This document shows positions 6,773 through 15,390 of a stretch of 39,017 nt of DNA, piece after piece. The DNA lies in the IMG/VR virus record IMGVR_UViG_3300044259_000046, positions 1-39,017 of that record. One strand, given 5' to 3'. Made by a program: the position numbers and the translations under genes. Numbering within the stretch: position 1 is the stretch's first letter; each line of letters opens with the position of its first letter. Source of the DNA: a virus (taxonomy: Duplodnaviria > Caudoviricetes). The notes beneath the pieces were generated by a model, which saw nothing but the letters and a program-made list of their open reading frames with translations, searched no databases and had not been told where the DNA came from.

Positions 6773-7179
6773 CGGAACGAACTTGGCATAAAGGGCCACC
6801 TCCGCATGTCGGTTGGTGGAATGCGAGCACCGTACGCAGCAGCTATGCGTGGCGCTGGTGGGATGGGGAGCGCTGGAGCCTTGGTTGTTATCCAGCAGAA
6901 GACCCAGAACACATCGCTGTGGATGCTACGACTCCCGTACCTCACTCCAGAAAAGTCGAATGGACAGACTACTGGCCCGAAAACGCCCGTGTCCCGCGTC
7001 TTGATCCTACTGATGGGAACTGGACGTTCAACGTGGATGGGAAGCAGCCGGACTATGAGGGCCGGGTTGAAGTGGTGTTTAAGTGCGGCAAACGAAACGC
7101 AGTTCACTCATCTGGCAGCTGGGCGTGGGAGCTTGGTGATGGGGCATTCCACATCGTTGCATGGAGGCCAGCCAAATGA
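6769..7179 (+). CDS. Trp-rich hypothetical protein
   Basis: WHKGPPPHVGWWNAS...WRWWDGERWS; ATGA-coupled. Confidence 0.75.
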   Translation: MTERTWHKGPPPHVGWWNASTVRSSYAWRWWDGERWSLGCYPAEDPEHIAVDATTPVPHSRKVEWTDYWPENARVPRLDPTDGNWTFNVDGKQPDYEGRVEVVFKCGKRNAVHSSGSWAWELGDGAFHIVAWRPAK

Positions 7180-7280
7180 CCCGCCCAACAAACTGGCCAT
7201 TCCGAGATTTCATCAAAGACGGTCAGACCCATCGTGTAGCACCACCGCCACCTCCACCTGTTGAGGATGCGCTGTTTTGA
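7176..7280 (+). CDS. Small Pro-rich protein (MTRPTNWPF...EDALF, 34 aa)
   Basis: Read manually; GGAGG RBS, ATGA overlap; fills the gap between ORFs. Confidence 0.55.
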   Translation: MTRPTNWPFRDFIKDGQTHRVAPPPPPPVEDALF

Positions 7281-7290
7281 GGAGATAGCA

Positions 7291-7671
7291 ATGAGTGAAG
7301 CAAAGCCGACACAAGGCAACGCATACAACCGCCGTGAGGGCTATTCAACAGTTTATGTATTCGTACCTATTGGTAATGGGCTAATCCAAGAGGTTGCGGC
7401 ATGCGGCCCGACAGAATCAGGCCAAGACGAACAGCAAGCAAATGCAGATTTGATTACGGAGGCATTCACGACGCACCACCAAACAGGCCTCACCCCCAGT
7501 CAGCTTGTAGAGCGGGTGAAGGAGCTGGAGGGGGCGTTGAAAGCCTGCGCTGCTGTATGCGCAGGAGAAACCATGAGCAAGCGGGGGCTGATTGATGCGC
7601 TCGACAGAGCCCGCGCCGCCCTTGCCAAGTCAACAAGCATTGGAGACACGCAATGCAAGACGTCGAACTAG
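7291..7671 (+). CDS. Hypothetical protein
   Basis: GAGGAG RBS, 126 aa. Confidence 0.7.
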   Translation: MSEAKPTQGNAYNRREGYSTVYVFVPIGNGLIQEVAACGPTESGQDEQQANADLITEAFTTHHQTGLTPSQLVERVKELEGALKACAAVCAGETMSKRGLIDALDRARAALAKSTSIGDTQCKTSN

Positions 7672-7775
7672 ACCTCCACCCCACTGACAGCCTGATTTTC
7701 TGGACGGTCATCGCTGGATCAATTTTTACAGCAGCTGCATTTGTTGCAGGGGTGCTGTATCCGTATTGGAGTTGA
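7653..7775 (+). CDS. Small single-TM protein (MQDVELDL..., 40 aa)
   Basis: Read manually; GGAG RBS; hydrophobic helix. Confidence 0.55.
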   Translation: MQDVELDLHPTDSLIFWTVIAGSIFTAAAFVAGVLYPYWS

Positions 7776-7776
7776 T

Positions 7777-7986
7777 ATGCGACTTCGAGATAGACAACTA
7801 CCGGGCCGACAAGAGGCCCTTTTTTTGGTCTTGATTAAGCAAAGCCAAGACCCACTCATGCGGCGAATTGCGGGTTTGGACAAAGAGCTACGACCGCAAC
7901 CGTCAAGCATGTTTTTCGGAACCTTAACTTTTTCAAGCGGCGTTGAGGATTTGACGCCAGAAGCCCGGGCGCTCTTGCCCTTTTAA
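7777..7986 (+). CDS. Hypothetical protein
   Basis: GGAG RBS; follows the previous stop by 1 nt. Confidence 0.5.
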   Translation: MRLRDRQLPGRQEALFLVLIKQSQDPLMRRIAGLDKELRPQPSSMFFGTLTFSSGVEDLTPEARALLPF

Positions 7987-8016
7987 CTAGCCACTTCAGT
8001 CTCAAAGGAGAACACC

Positions 8017-8652
8017 ATGGCATTCGTCGCAACAAAACCCACCAGCAACTACACCCCCCCACCAGCAGGCATGCACATTGCTCGATGCTATCGATTAATT
8101 GACTTGGGGACTCAGCCGAAGTCCTATCAAGGCAAGCCAACAGGCGAAGCCCGCAAGATCATGGCATCCTGGGAATTGTTGGGCGAAGACCGCATGGATG
8201 ACGGCAAACCTTTCACCATGAGTAAATCGTGGTTCCTGTCCATGCATGAAAAAGCAGCGCTTCGCAAGGATCTGGAATCTTGGCGCGGCCGCCCGTTCAG
8301 CCTTGAAGAAGAAAGCAGCTTTGATGTGTCCAAACTGCTGGGCGCGTATTGCCTATTGAACGTCATTCAGGAGCAGGGGCAAGATGGCAATCAGTACACC
8401 AAGATTGGTGCAATCACGCCACTCATGAAGGGCATGCCAAAGCCAGACCCAGTGAATGAAAACAGCGTCTTTGACATGGATGATCCAGACATGGCGATGT
8501 TTGAAAAGTTCAGCGACAAGATGAAGGAAGCCATTCAAGCATCGCGCGAATGGCGCGCCCGTAGCTCTGGTGGTCGGCCTGCTACGACAGCTACAGCGCC
8601 GCAGCGTGCATCCTCTGGTTTCGATGACATGGATGACGATATCCCATTCTGA
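8017..8652 (+). CDS. Phage single-stranded DNA-binding-like protein
   Basis: PPAG.H.ARC...IDLGTQ N-terminus and SSB-type acidic tail DDMDDDIPF. Confidence 0.75.
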   Translation: MAFVATKPTSNYTPPPAGMHIARCYRLIDLGTQPKSYQGKPTGEARKIMASWELLGEDRMDDGKPFTMSKSWFLSMHEKAALRKDLESWRGRPFSLEEESSFDVSKLLGAYCLLNVIQEQGQDGNQYTKIGAITPLMKGMPKPDPVNENSVFDMDDPDMAMFEKFSDKMKEAIQASREWRARSSGGRPATTATAPQRASSGFDDMDDDIPF

Positions 8653-8654
8653 TC

Positions 8655-8870
8655 ATGCGGCTGCCTGACCTATCCGACGATCAGAAGATGGCTTTGATCG
8701 GGCGTCAGACCGTACTCAGAAAGTGCAAGAAAGACGCCCTGCAAACCCTGCGTGATGTGGTTGTGCCACTGCTAAACACAGGAGCAGACACCACCAACAT
8801 TCGAGCGCAGATCACGCCATTGATAGATCAGATAGAGGCTGCTGACAGGGCTCTATCTGAACTCTGTTAA
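8655..8870 (+). CDS. Hypothetical protein
   Basis: 71-aa helical ORF followed by a terminator. Confidence 0.6.
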   Translation: MRLPDLSDDQKMALIGRQTVLRKCKKDALQTLRDVVVPLLNTGADTTNIRAQITPLIDQIEAADRALSELC

Positions 8871-8879
8871 CCCCACCCC

Positions 8880-8905
8880 AAAGCCCTCCATGCGAGGGCT
8901 TTTTT
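8880..8905 (+). terminator. Intrinsic terminator
   Basis: AAAGCCCTC-CATGC-GAGGGCTTT plus T tract. Confidence 0.8.
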
Positions 8906-8911
8906 ATTGCC

Positions 8912-9268
8912 ATGCCCCAAACCCAATTTGCCAACCGCAAAAACCCATGGACAGGTGAACGAATGACAAAAGCCAACCGCGTAATGAAGGCCATTGACCC
9001 CAGTGCTGTGACCATTTGTGATGACCCGGTGCCAGCGGTGCGCAACTCGCCGCAAGGCAAGTACACAGCCCTGTTCAACAAGCTGGAGTACGGGAAAGCA
9101 TTGAAGTGCCCACCCGGCACAGCGGGTGCTATTGCAGCGGCTTTGCGCAAGTGGATTGAGGATCGCAAGAAGCCCGGAACCGTGCGGTACGTTGCCAACT
9201 ACGCAGAAGATGGGACTGGGCGTGTGTGGCTGCTGGAGCCTGAAAAGAAATTGAAGGTGGCAGCATGA
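8912..9268 (+). CDS. Hypothetical basic protein
   Basis: 118 aa (start could be 8963), coupled to dut. Confidence 0.65.
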   Translation: MPQTQFANRKNPWTGERMTKANRVMKAIDPSAVTICDDPVPAVRNSPQGKYTALFNKLEYGKALKCPPGTAGAIAAALRKWIEDRKKPGTVRYVANYAEDGTGRVWLLEPEKKLKVAA

Positions 9269-9693
9269 AACTCAAAATCTGCAAACTCCATCCAGACGCG
9301 CAACAACCCACATACGGAACCCCCGGCGCGGCCTGCTTTGACCTGCACACAGTTCACGGCGGCGAAGTAGGTGTGTATGAGTCCAGAACGTTCGGCACAG
9401 GGTTGGCGTTCGAGATTCCCGAGGGCCACGTCCTGCTCGTTTTCTCACGCAGTGGGCACGGGTTCAAACATGGCCTTCGGTTGTCCAACTGTGTCGGAGT
9501 CATCGACTCTGATTACCGGGGCGAATTGAAAGTCCAACTGCGCAACGACACCGCTATTCGGTTTGGTTTTGAACCCGGTGACCGTGTGGCTCAAGCCATG
9601 GTCGTTCCTGTCCCTCAGGTTGAGTTTTCGGTGGTGGAGCAACTGACCATCACAGAGCGCGGCCAGCAAGGTTTTGGATCAACTGGCGCATGA
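9265..9693 (+). CDS. dut: Trimeric dUTPase
   Basis: Motifs AACFDL, SRSGHG, GVIDSDYRGE, GDRVAQ and RGQQGFGSTG. Confidence 0.97.
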   Translation: MKLKICKLHPDAQQPTYGTPGAACFDLHTVHGGEVGVYESRTFGTGLAFEIPEGHVLLVFSRSGHGFKHGLRLSNCVGVIDSDYRGELKVQLRNDTAIRFGFEPGDRVAQAMVVPVPQVEFSVVEQLTITERGQQGFGSTGA

Positions 9694-9881
9694 AACCCGA
9701 CAGCACAAACGCGGCTGTAGTCGATGACCAATACCCATGGCGTCCCATCACAGCAGACACGCCACGCGGACAAAAGCTACAGCTCATCAACCGTCAATCA
9801 GGGGTTGCTCAGTACGGTGAACTGCACACAGATGCCACATGGTTTACGCACTGGGCTCCTTTGCCTACTTTTAGGGATTGA
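9690..9881 (+). CDS. Hypothetical protein (WRPI..TP.G...THWAPLP, DUF551-like)
   Basis: Characteristic terminal THW.PLP motif. Confidence 0.7.
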   Translation: MKPDSTNAAVVDDQYPWRPITADTPRGQKLQLINRQSGVAQYGELHTDATWFTHWAPLPTFRD

Positions 9882-9884
9882 GAC

Positions 9885-10901
9885 ATGACTGATACACACA
9901 TCACAAACGATGCAGGCGGCGTGCAGGAACTCAGCGCAGCGCCAGCGCGAGCGGGGTGGAAGTGGGTGCCAGAAGATGCCACCGAGGAGATGGTGCGAGC
10001 CACCGACAAAGTGAACTTTGCGAACGCCGATACGGACGGGACGATGCACAACGTGTGGCACGTAATGCTCGCAGCATCACCCACACCCCCAGCAGCGCAG
10101 ACCGTGGGCCGCGACGAAGACGAAGCTCTGGACCTGCTGGCAATTTTGTTTGACGCATGGGAGAACGGCACACCGTGCTACGAAGAGCCAGAAAGCAGCG
10201 ACGGCTATGTGGGCCAAGCCTTCCGCATTGATGATGATGTGTTCCACCGCTGCGTTGATTTACTCACTCGCCGCAGAAGTAAGACGGACACACCCCCAGC
10301 AGAGCAGCAAGCCGAGCCCGGCGTGGTCTATGCGGAGCTACCAAAGCCCAATCTACCTCGTGGCGGGTTCCCCGATCTCTTCACTGCGGACCAAATGCGC
10401 GACTTCGCAGACAGCACCCATGCACTGCGCATGCAAGCCGCACCCAAGGCAGCGCCAGGGGAGCCAACGCAAGAGATGATCGCCGCGGTTATGTCGCTGG
10501 TTGATCTGGAGTCTTCCGACCCGGAAGACCACCGCTATGACGATGGATCAAAGCTGGCAGCGCAGATTTGCCGCGCCGTGCTTGCGTTGGTGCCCCAGCA
10601 GGAGGCGCAGGAGCCTTTTGGCTGGGTCTGCTGGATCGGTGAAGATAGCGATCCGCGAAGCGCGCAGTTCAGCCCCGTCGAACCGTTGGCGTACAGCAAT
10701 CGCAAGCCACTCTACACAGCACCCCAGCCAGCGCCTGCGCCGCTGAGTGACGACGCATTTTTACAGATGCGAAACGCACTCGAAGCTGCACGCAACGGGC
10801 TGACGTGGTTCATGGAGATGCACCCTGAGGACTGCAACAGCTCAGACGACGAAATGTTGGCGCAAATCGACGCAGCACTTGCCGCACAGGGAGGCAAGTG
10901 A
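9885..10901 (+). CDS. Mosaic Ead/Ea22-like early protein
   Basis: GWKWVP.E.TEEM, PTQEMI.A and PLYTAPQP modules joined by A/P/Q linkers. Confidence 0.7.
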   Translation: MTDTHITNDAGGVQELSAAPARAGWKWVPEDATEEMVRATDKVNFANADTDGTMHNVWHVMLAASPTPPAAQTVGRDEDEALDLLAILFDAWENGTPCYEEPESSDGYVGQAFRIDDDVFHRCVDLLTRRRSKTDTPPAEQQAEPGVVYAELPKPNLPRGGFPDLFTADQMRDFADSTHALRMQAAPKAAPGEPTQEMIAAVMSLVDLESSDPEDHRYDDGSKLAAQICRAVLALVPQQEAQEPFGWVCWIGEDSDPRSAQFSPVEPLAYSNRKPLYTAPQPAPAPLSDDAFLQMRNALEAARNGLTWFMEMHPEDCNSSDDEMLAQIDAALAAQGGK

Positions 10902-11119
10902 TGGCAAAGCGCTGTAAAGGCCTTGCAGGATGGTTCTTTGGTCACAAAGAAGTGACCACCAGTGAGGGCTACCCTGCTTTCTCGCGCTGGTGGGTTATCA
11001 ACTCCACATGTGTCAGATGCGGGCAGAAGTTCCGAACAACTGACGATTTGTTTGCGCCAGAAAGGCCGACATCCTTTGTAATTGACGAGGACTTTCTGGT
11101 CAACAAGGGAGGCAAGTGA
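10901..11119 (+). CDS. Hypothetical protein (C...GHK...CxRCG zinc-type motif)
   Basis: GGAGG RBS, TGATG overlap. Confidence 0.65.
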   Translation: MAKRCKGLAGWFFGHKEVTTSEGYPAFSRWWVINSTCVRCGQKFRTTDDLFAPERPTSFVIDEDFLVNKGGK

Positions 11120-11274
11120 TGCAACGCTACCTAACCAGCAATCTTTGGGAAGCTTTCAAACAAGACTGCCCATTCTTTGCACTCATACCATTTGTTCGCA
11201 TGTGGGCATTCGGGCACTACGTGCATGGCTACTTTGCACACAAATCGCCTCTCTCTGATGGAGACACACCATGA
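11119..11274 (+). CDS. Small hypothetical protein (MQRYLTSN..., 51 aa)
   Basis: Read manually; GGAGG RBS; coupled at both ends. Confidence 0.6.
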   Translation: MQRYLTSNLWEAFKQDCPFFALIPFVRMWAFGHYVHGYFAHKSPLSDGDTP

Positions 11275-11594
11275 GCAACACACCGAGCGATGCGGAGCTA
11301 TTTGCACTGATTGATAAGCATTTTGGCTTAAAGCAGAGGGCATTTGATACCGTTATCGACCCTAAAACTGGGCGCTTTCACGACGCAGCGCGATATCGCG
11401 ATTTTGCTGCTGCAGTCCTTGCCAAGTGGGGCGCACCACAGCCAGTTGTGCGGGAGCCGCTACCAAAATTCTCCGCTTTGAAGTTCCACGCTCGGCGCGA
11501 TCAGAAGGCCACTGTGACACTGCTTTTCAAAGACGCTGATACCGCAAACGCTTGGGTGGAGTGCATCACGCAGAAGGGAGGCAGCAATGGCTAA
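11271..11594 (+). CDS. Hypothetical protein
   Basis: 107 aa, GGAG RBS. Confidence 0.7.
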   Translation: MSNTPSDAELFALIDKHFGLKQRAFDTVIDPKTGRFHDAARYRDFAAAVLAKWGAPQPVVREPLPKFSALKFHARRDQKATVTLLFKDADTANAWVECITQKGGSNG

Positions 11595-11793
11595 CCCCAC
11601 AGTCCCCGACTTCACCGACCTAGCTGCTCGCAAGCTAGCAGAGCTTGAGAAGAACGGGTATCGAATCACTGGCGTATGCTTTGAGCGGCAAGTGGAAGGA
11701 ACACAGCCCCAACGTGGGTTCATCGACTCATGGGGGTTTGTTGGATGGTGGCGGCCATATATGACAGGAGGCAGCAATGCTGAAAATTGTTGA
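11587..11793 (+). CDS. Hypothetical protein
   Basis: 68 aa, GGAGG RBS. Confidence 0.65.
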   Translation: MANPTVPDFTDLAARKLAELEKNGYRITGVCFERQVEGTQPQRGFIDSWGFVGWWRPYMTGGSNAENC

Positions 11794-12001
11794 ATGGCTA
11801 TTTATGCGGTCAAAAGACGATCCTATCCGGCACTGCAACGTTTACAAATCATTCGGATGCGCTCATGTTGACGGGATGCTTTGCAACATGAAAACCTGTG
11901 ATGTGGAAATAACAATCAAAGTCACGCCAAGCGGAGAGCAAGAGATGTTGCGCACGGGACGATATGACGGAGGCAGCGATGCTGACACCCAGGCAAATTG
12001 A
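11777..12001 (+). CDS. Cys/His-rich hypothetical protein
   Basis: HC.VYK..GCAHVDG.LC...TC motif; GGAGG RBS. Confidence 0.65.
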   Translation: MLKIVEWLFMRSKDDPIRHCNVYKSFGCAHVDGMLCNMKTCDVEITIKVTPSGEQEMLRTGRYDGGSDADTQAN

Positions 12002-12290
12002 CCTGGAAATCCAGCGGCACGTTGACCCGGTGGCGACGTACGGCAGACTTCACAACTTCGCCCGCGCCATTGAGGACAAAGTCCGCAAGCAGGACACCGA
12101 GCTGATACGGCAGATGCTTGCGTATATCGAAAGCATCACATGCACACATGAAAACACCCATCGCGGTGGAATCATTTGGGAAATATGCGACGACTGCGGA
12201 GCGCAATGGGCAATAGATCGTGGTGGTAAGCCACTGTTTAAATGGCCTGATGTGGTGAAAGCAGCCCGCGCACGACTGGAGAACACATGA
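11979..12290 (+). CDS. Hypothetical protein with C.H.....GG..W.ICDDCG motif
   Basis: GGAGG RBS before ATG 11979. Confidence 0.65.
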   Translation: MLTPRQIDLEIQRHVDPVATYGRLHNFARAIEDKVRKQDTELIRQMLAYIESITCTHENTHRGGIIWEICDDCGAQWAIDRGGKPLFKWPDVVKAARARLENT

Positions 12291-12448
12291 AAACCATCAC
12301 CGTAGAAATCGATGACGATGAAATCTTGGTGGCTATCAAGCGTCAGGAAGAATACGAAGATGTGGACCCTGAACTGGTTGTGGAAGACATGGCCCGGTGG
12401 CACGCATCTGCTGAATGGCGTCTTGTCGAGCCAAAGGAGAACACATGA
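12287..12448 (+). CDS. Small acidic protein (MKTITVEIDDDE..., 53 aa)
   Basis: Read manually; GGAG RBS; ATGA-coupled at both ends. Confidence 0.6.
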   Translation: MKTITVEIDDDEILVAIKRQEEYEDVDPELVVEDMARWHASAEWRLVEPKENT

Positions 12449-12717
12449 CACAGGAACAACCTGAAGCGCTGATAGCGGAATATCGCCCATCAATGCCGCA
12501 CGAGGTATTGCACGATTGGGCTAAGGATGCTGTCGCAGAGCTTCGCCGCCTGCACGCTGAGAATGAAGCGTTGCGCAGGGATTCAGAGCGACTAGATTGG
12601 CTGTTGTGGAAACTTCCAGGCGATGCACTACGCTATGTGGTTGGGGAGCTTTCAGACACGTCAAGCGATGCTGAATTTCGCGCCGCCATTGACGCAGCAA
12701 TGAAAGGCCGATCATGA
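12445..12717 (+). CDS. Ead/Ea22-like hypothetical protein
   Basis: AELRRLHAENEAL..D.ERLDWL...R.AIDAAM pattern. Confidence 0.7.
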   Translation: MTQEQPEALIAEYRPSMPHEVLHDWAKDAVAELRRLHAENEALRRDSERLDWLLWKLPGDALRYVVGELSDTSSDAEFRAAIDAAMKGRS

Positions 12718-12866
12718 GCCGCAGAGCAATCCGCAAAGAGCGCCGTGCTCAGGAAGAAGCAAAGTGGATGGGCTTTGCACCTGACTGGCGCGAGGAACGT
12801 GACTCAGACGAAGACGAACTGCCGGAGCGTGAGGACGATCCACCTCCTAGCAACACTTTCCACTAG
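12714..12866 (+). CDS. Small protein with basic N-terminus and acidic C-terminus (50 aa)
   Basis: Read manually; ATGA-coupled. Confidence 0.5.
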   Translation: MSRRAIRKERRAQEEAKWMGFAPDWREERDSDEDELPEREDDPPPSNTFH

Positions 12867-12902
12867 CCGCCATTGAGGGGCTTTTCTTTTTTTGGAGCTG
12901 AG

Positions 12903-13385
12903 ATGCATGCACAAATACTCGATCCATGCTGCGGCGGTCGAATGATGTGGTTTGATCGAAAAGATCAACGCGCTCTGTTTGGCGACATTCGCAGCGAAGA
13001 ACACACGCTTTGTGACGGCAGGGCTTTCAGCATCACACCGGATCTGAATATGGATTTCCGGGCCATGCCTTTTCCTAACGAGTCATTCAGGCTGGTGGTG
13101 TTTGATCCGCCTCACTTACGCCGCGCCGGGCACGCATCTTGGTTGCGCGCCAAGTACGGCATCCTGACGGATGATTGGGAGGATGACTTGCGCAGAGGCC
13201 TCGCGGAATGCTTCCGGGTATTGAAGCCCGAAGGGGTTTTGATTTTTAAGTGGGCCGACATACAAATGCCGATTTCCAAGGTGCTTGCCTTGACTCCTGA
13301 AAAACCACTCTTTGGCCACAAGTCTGGCAAGCGAGAAAAGACCCATTGGGTCACCTTCATAAAGCAACCAACTCAGCCCCTCTAG
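12903..13385 (+). CDS. Class I SAM-dependent (probable DNA) methyltransferase
   Basis: ILDPCCGGRM SAM-binding motif, VVFDPPH, ECFRVLKPEG. Confidence 0.85.
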   Translation: MHAQILDPCCGGRMMWFDRKDQRALFGDIRSEEHTLCDGRAFSITPDLNMDFRAMPFPNESFRLVVFDPPHLRRAGHASWLRAKYGILTDDWEDDLRRGLAECFRVLKPEGVLIFKWADIQMPISKVLALTPEKPLFGHKSGKREKTHWVTFIKQPTQPL

Positions 13386-13409
13386 GGGCTTTTCTTTTGG
13401 GGGAATGAG

Positions 13410-13625
13410 ATGACAGCAGAACCAGAACTGCTTGAACCAATCGAAATCCGCAAACTCGCAGGCGCAAGCAAAACCGACGAACAAGAGGCCTTTTTGAAGC
13501 AAGAAGGCATCCCGCACAAGCGTCGGGGACGGCGTATCCTGTTATCCAGGGCGCATGTCCGGGCGTGGTTATCCGGGCAAGTGTTCACACCTTCACGTGG
13601 CGTCAATCTAGGAGCAGTCAGATGA
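13410..13625 (+). CDS. xis: Excisionase-like protein (DUF4224-type)
   Basis: Small basic ORF coupled upstream of the integrase; L...EI..L.G......Q...L...GIP. Confidence 0.7.
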   Translation: MTAEPELLEPIEIRKLAGASKTDEQEAFLKQEGIPHKRRGRRILLSRAHVRAWLSGQVFTPSRGVNLGAVR

Positions 13626-14653
13626 CAGGCCAATACCCACGACTTCGCGCAAGAACGCGCCGCCGCAAGAATGGCAAGGTCGTGGTGTACTACTTTTACG
13701 ACGCCACAGCGGAGGGCAATGGGGAAATCCCACTGGGTTCGGACTATGAGAAGGCCATAGCCCGCTGGCAAGAAATCACGGAACGCGGGACTTCAGTACC
13801 GACCATCACCGGCACGCTGGAAGAGGCGTTCTCCAGGTGGGAAACAGAAGTGCTACCCGGTTACTCCAGCGCAGAGACAAAGCGCGGGTACACAAAAAGC
13901 CTACGCATGATGCGCCCCGCATTTGCGGAAGCAACATGGGATCAGGTAGACCTGCCAACAATCAAGGCATATCTCAAGAAGCGGACAGCCAAGACTCAGG
14001 GAAACCGGGAAATGGCCCTGTTGTCCGTCATCTGGAACTGGGCCCGTGGTGAGGGGCTGGTGTCGCTACCATGGCCCGCTGCCGGGATGGAGCGCAGCAA
14101 GTGGAAGAACAAAGAGAAGCCGCGCAAGATGAAGGTAGAGGATGCGGTATTTGCCGCCATCTACGCAGAGGCAAAACAGCACATCAAAGACTGCATGGAT
14201 CTTGGGTCTGTAACAGGTATGCGGCTGACCGACTGCATCACAGTGCTGATGCCTCGCGGCTCAGTGCTGACGCTGGAGGCCAGCAAGACCGGGAAAGAAG
14301 CTGAGTGGGACTTGAACCTATCCCAAGTGCTGCCCGGGCTGGTAGAGCGGCGCAAAGCGCTTGGCGCTCCACACCTGATGCTCTTATCCCTGCCCAACGG
14401 GCGGCCCGTAACCCAGGCAGCATTGCGCTACGGCTGGGACACTGCCAGGGCCATTGCGGCTCAGAAGGCAGATGAACGGGGCGAAAAAGAGCTTGCGGAG
14501 GCAATCAGGGCGCTTTTCCTGCGTGACATGCGCAAGCGTGCGGCACAAAAGGCTGGGAGTCTGGAGGCCGCTGCCGAACTGTTGCAGCACTCAGACAAGC
14601 GCCTGACGGAGAGGCATTACGGCGGGGTCCGCAAGCTCAAACCAACGGGCTAA
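13622..14653 (+). CDS. int: Tyrosine integrase
   Basis: TGMRLTD, LRDMRKRAA and LLQH...TERHY catalytic motifs; adjacent to attP. Confidence 0.93.
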   Translation: MTGQYPRLRARTRRRKNGKVVVYYFYDATAEGNGEIPLGSDYEKAIARWQEITERGTSVPTITGTLEEAFSRWETEVLPGYSSAETKRGYTKSLRMMRPAFAEATWDQVDLPTIKAYLKKRTAKTQGNREMALLSVIWNWARGEGLVSLPWPAAGMERSKWKNKEKPRKMKVEDAVFAAIYAEAKQHIKDCMDLGSVTGMRLTDCITVLMPRGSVLTLEASKTGKEAEWDLNLSQVLPGLVERRKALGAPHLMLLSLPNGRPVTQAALRYGWDTARAIAAQKADERGEKELAEAIRALFLRDMRKRAAQKAGSLEAAAELLQHSDKRLTERHYGGVRKLKPTG

Positions 14654-14657
14654 AAAG

Positions 14658-14866
14658 CGTTCCGGTTTTCCGCATCTCTCCTGTAGAGAAAATTGCAGAA
14701 AAACCCGGAACACATAGCCAGCAAACCCGCATGAATCCTCAATTCTTCACGGGACTCAAAATCCCCCGCCGCAAGGCGTGCCGGTTCGATTCCGGCCCCG
14801 GGCACCACAGATTTTCTGCTATGGTTTTTGAATGTGTTCCGGCTTTTGTTCCGGTGCATGTTCCGG
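14658..14866. repeat. Integrase arm-type sites (TGTTCCGG)
   Basis: Three copies at 12-bp period (14835, 14847, 14859), plus CGTTCCGG at 14658 and an inverted copy at 14705-14712, flanking the core. Confidence 0.75.
14751..14807 (+). other. attP core: 3' half of tRNA-Leu(CAA)
   Basis: GGGA-CTCAAAA-TCCC anticodon arm, long variable arm, GCCGGTTCGATTCCGGC T arm and CACCA end; 5' half absent. Confidence 0.92.
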
Positions 14867-14879
14867 TTTTGCAAATATC

Positions 14880-14919
14880 AAAGCCCCGTCGCTCCAAGGT
14901 GACGGGGCTTTTTCTTTTT
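14880..14919. terminator. Terminator between converging early and late transcripts
   Basis: AAAGCCCCGTCGC-TCCAAG-GTGACGGGGCTTT plus T tract. Confidence 0.85.
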
Positions 14920-14967
14920 GGTTAGTGGCTACTTCGGCCACGCCTCGCGCAGCCCGTCAGCCTTGGA

Positions 14968-15390
14968 CTACTTGCTGACGCCCTTCACCTTCTCAAACGT
15001 CCTGGCCCCGGCAATACCAAGCATGCCCGTCAGGATGACCCAAAGCGCGTCGGTATCCAGCATAGGCGGCGGCTTGAGCGCGTCAGGCACCCAGCCCTTC
15101 GCCTGCATCAGTGCCCACGCCCAGATCAGCATTGGGTAGATCAGGAACTGGTACGCCATGGCGGCAGCACCAATCCACCCGCAGGCAGGACGCCACCCAG
15201 CCACAAAGATAGATGGATTGGAGGCTTCGGCCTTGTTTACCTCCATCTGGCCCGTCAACAGCGAGGCGTCGATCTTGGCAAGCTCGATTTCGGCGTCCAG
15301 GCGCTCTTTGTCGGTTGTGACCAAGTCGTCGATCACATTGCCGATGGTCCCGATGATTCCGCCCACGGCGGAGACTGCTAGAGGGGTCAT
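14968..15390 (-). CDS. Holin, 3TM (GTA holin-like) family
   Basis: NKAEA....FVAGWRP..GW...GMLG..G.RTFEK signature. Confidence 0.85.
   Translation of the reverse strand: MTPLAVSAVGGIIGTIGNVIDDLVTTDKERLDAEIELAKIDASLLTGQMEVNKAEASNPSIFVAGWRPACGWIGAAAMAYQFLIYPMLIWAWALMQAKGWVPDALKPPPMLDTDALWVILTGMLGIAGARTFEKVKGVSK

Noticed and set aside
14751-14807. Functional phage tRNA-Leu gene
   Set aside because: The 5' acceptor strand and D arm are missing; it is the attP core.
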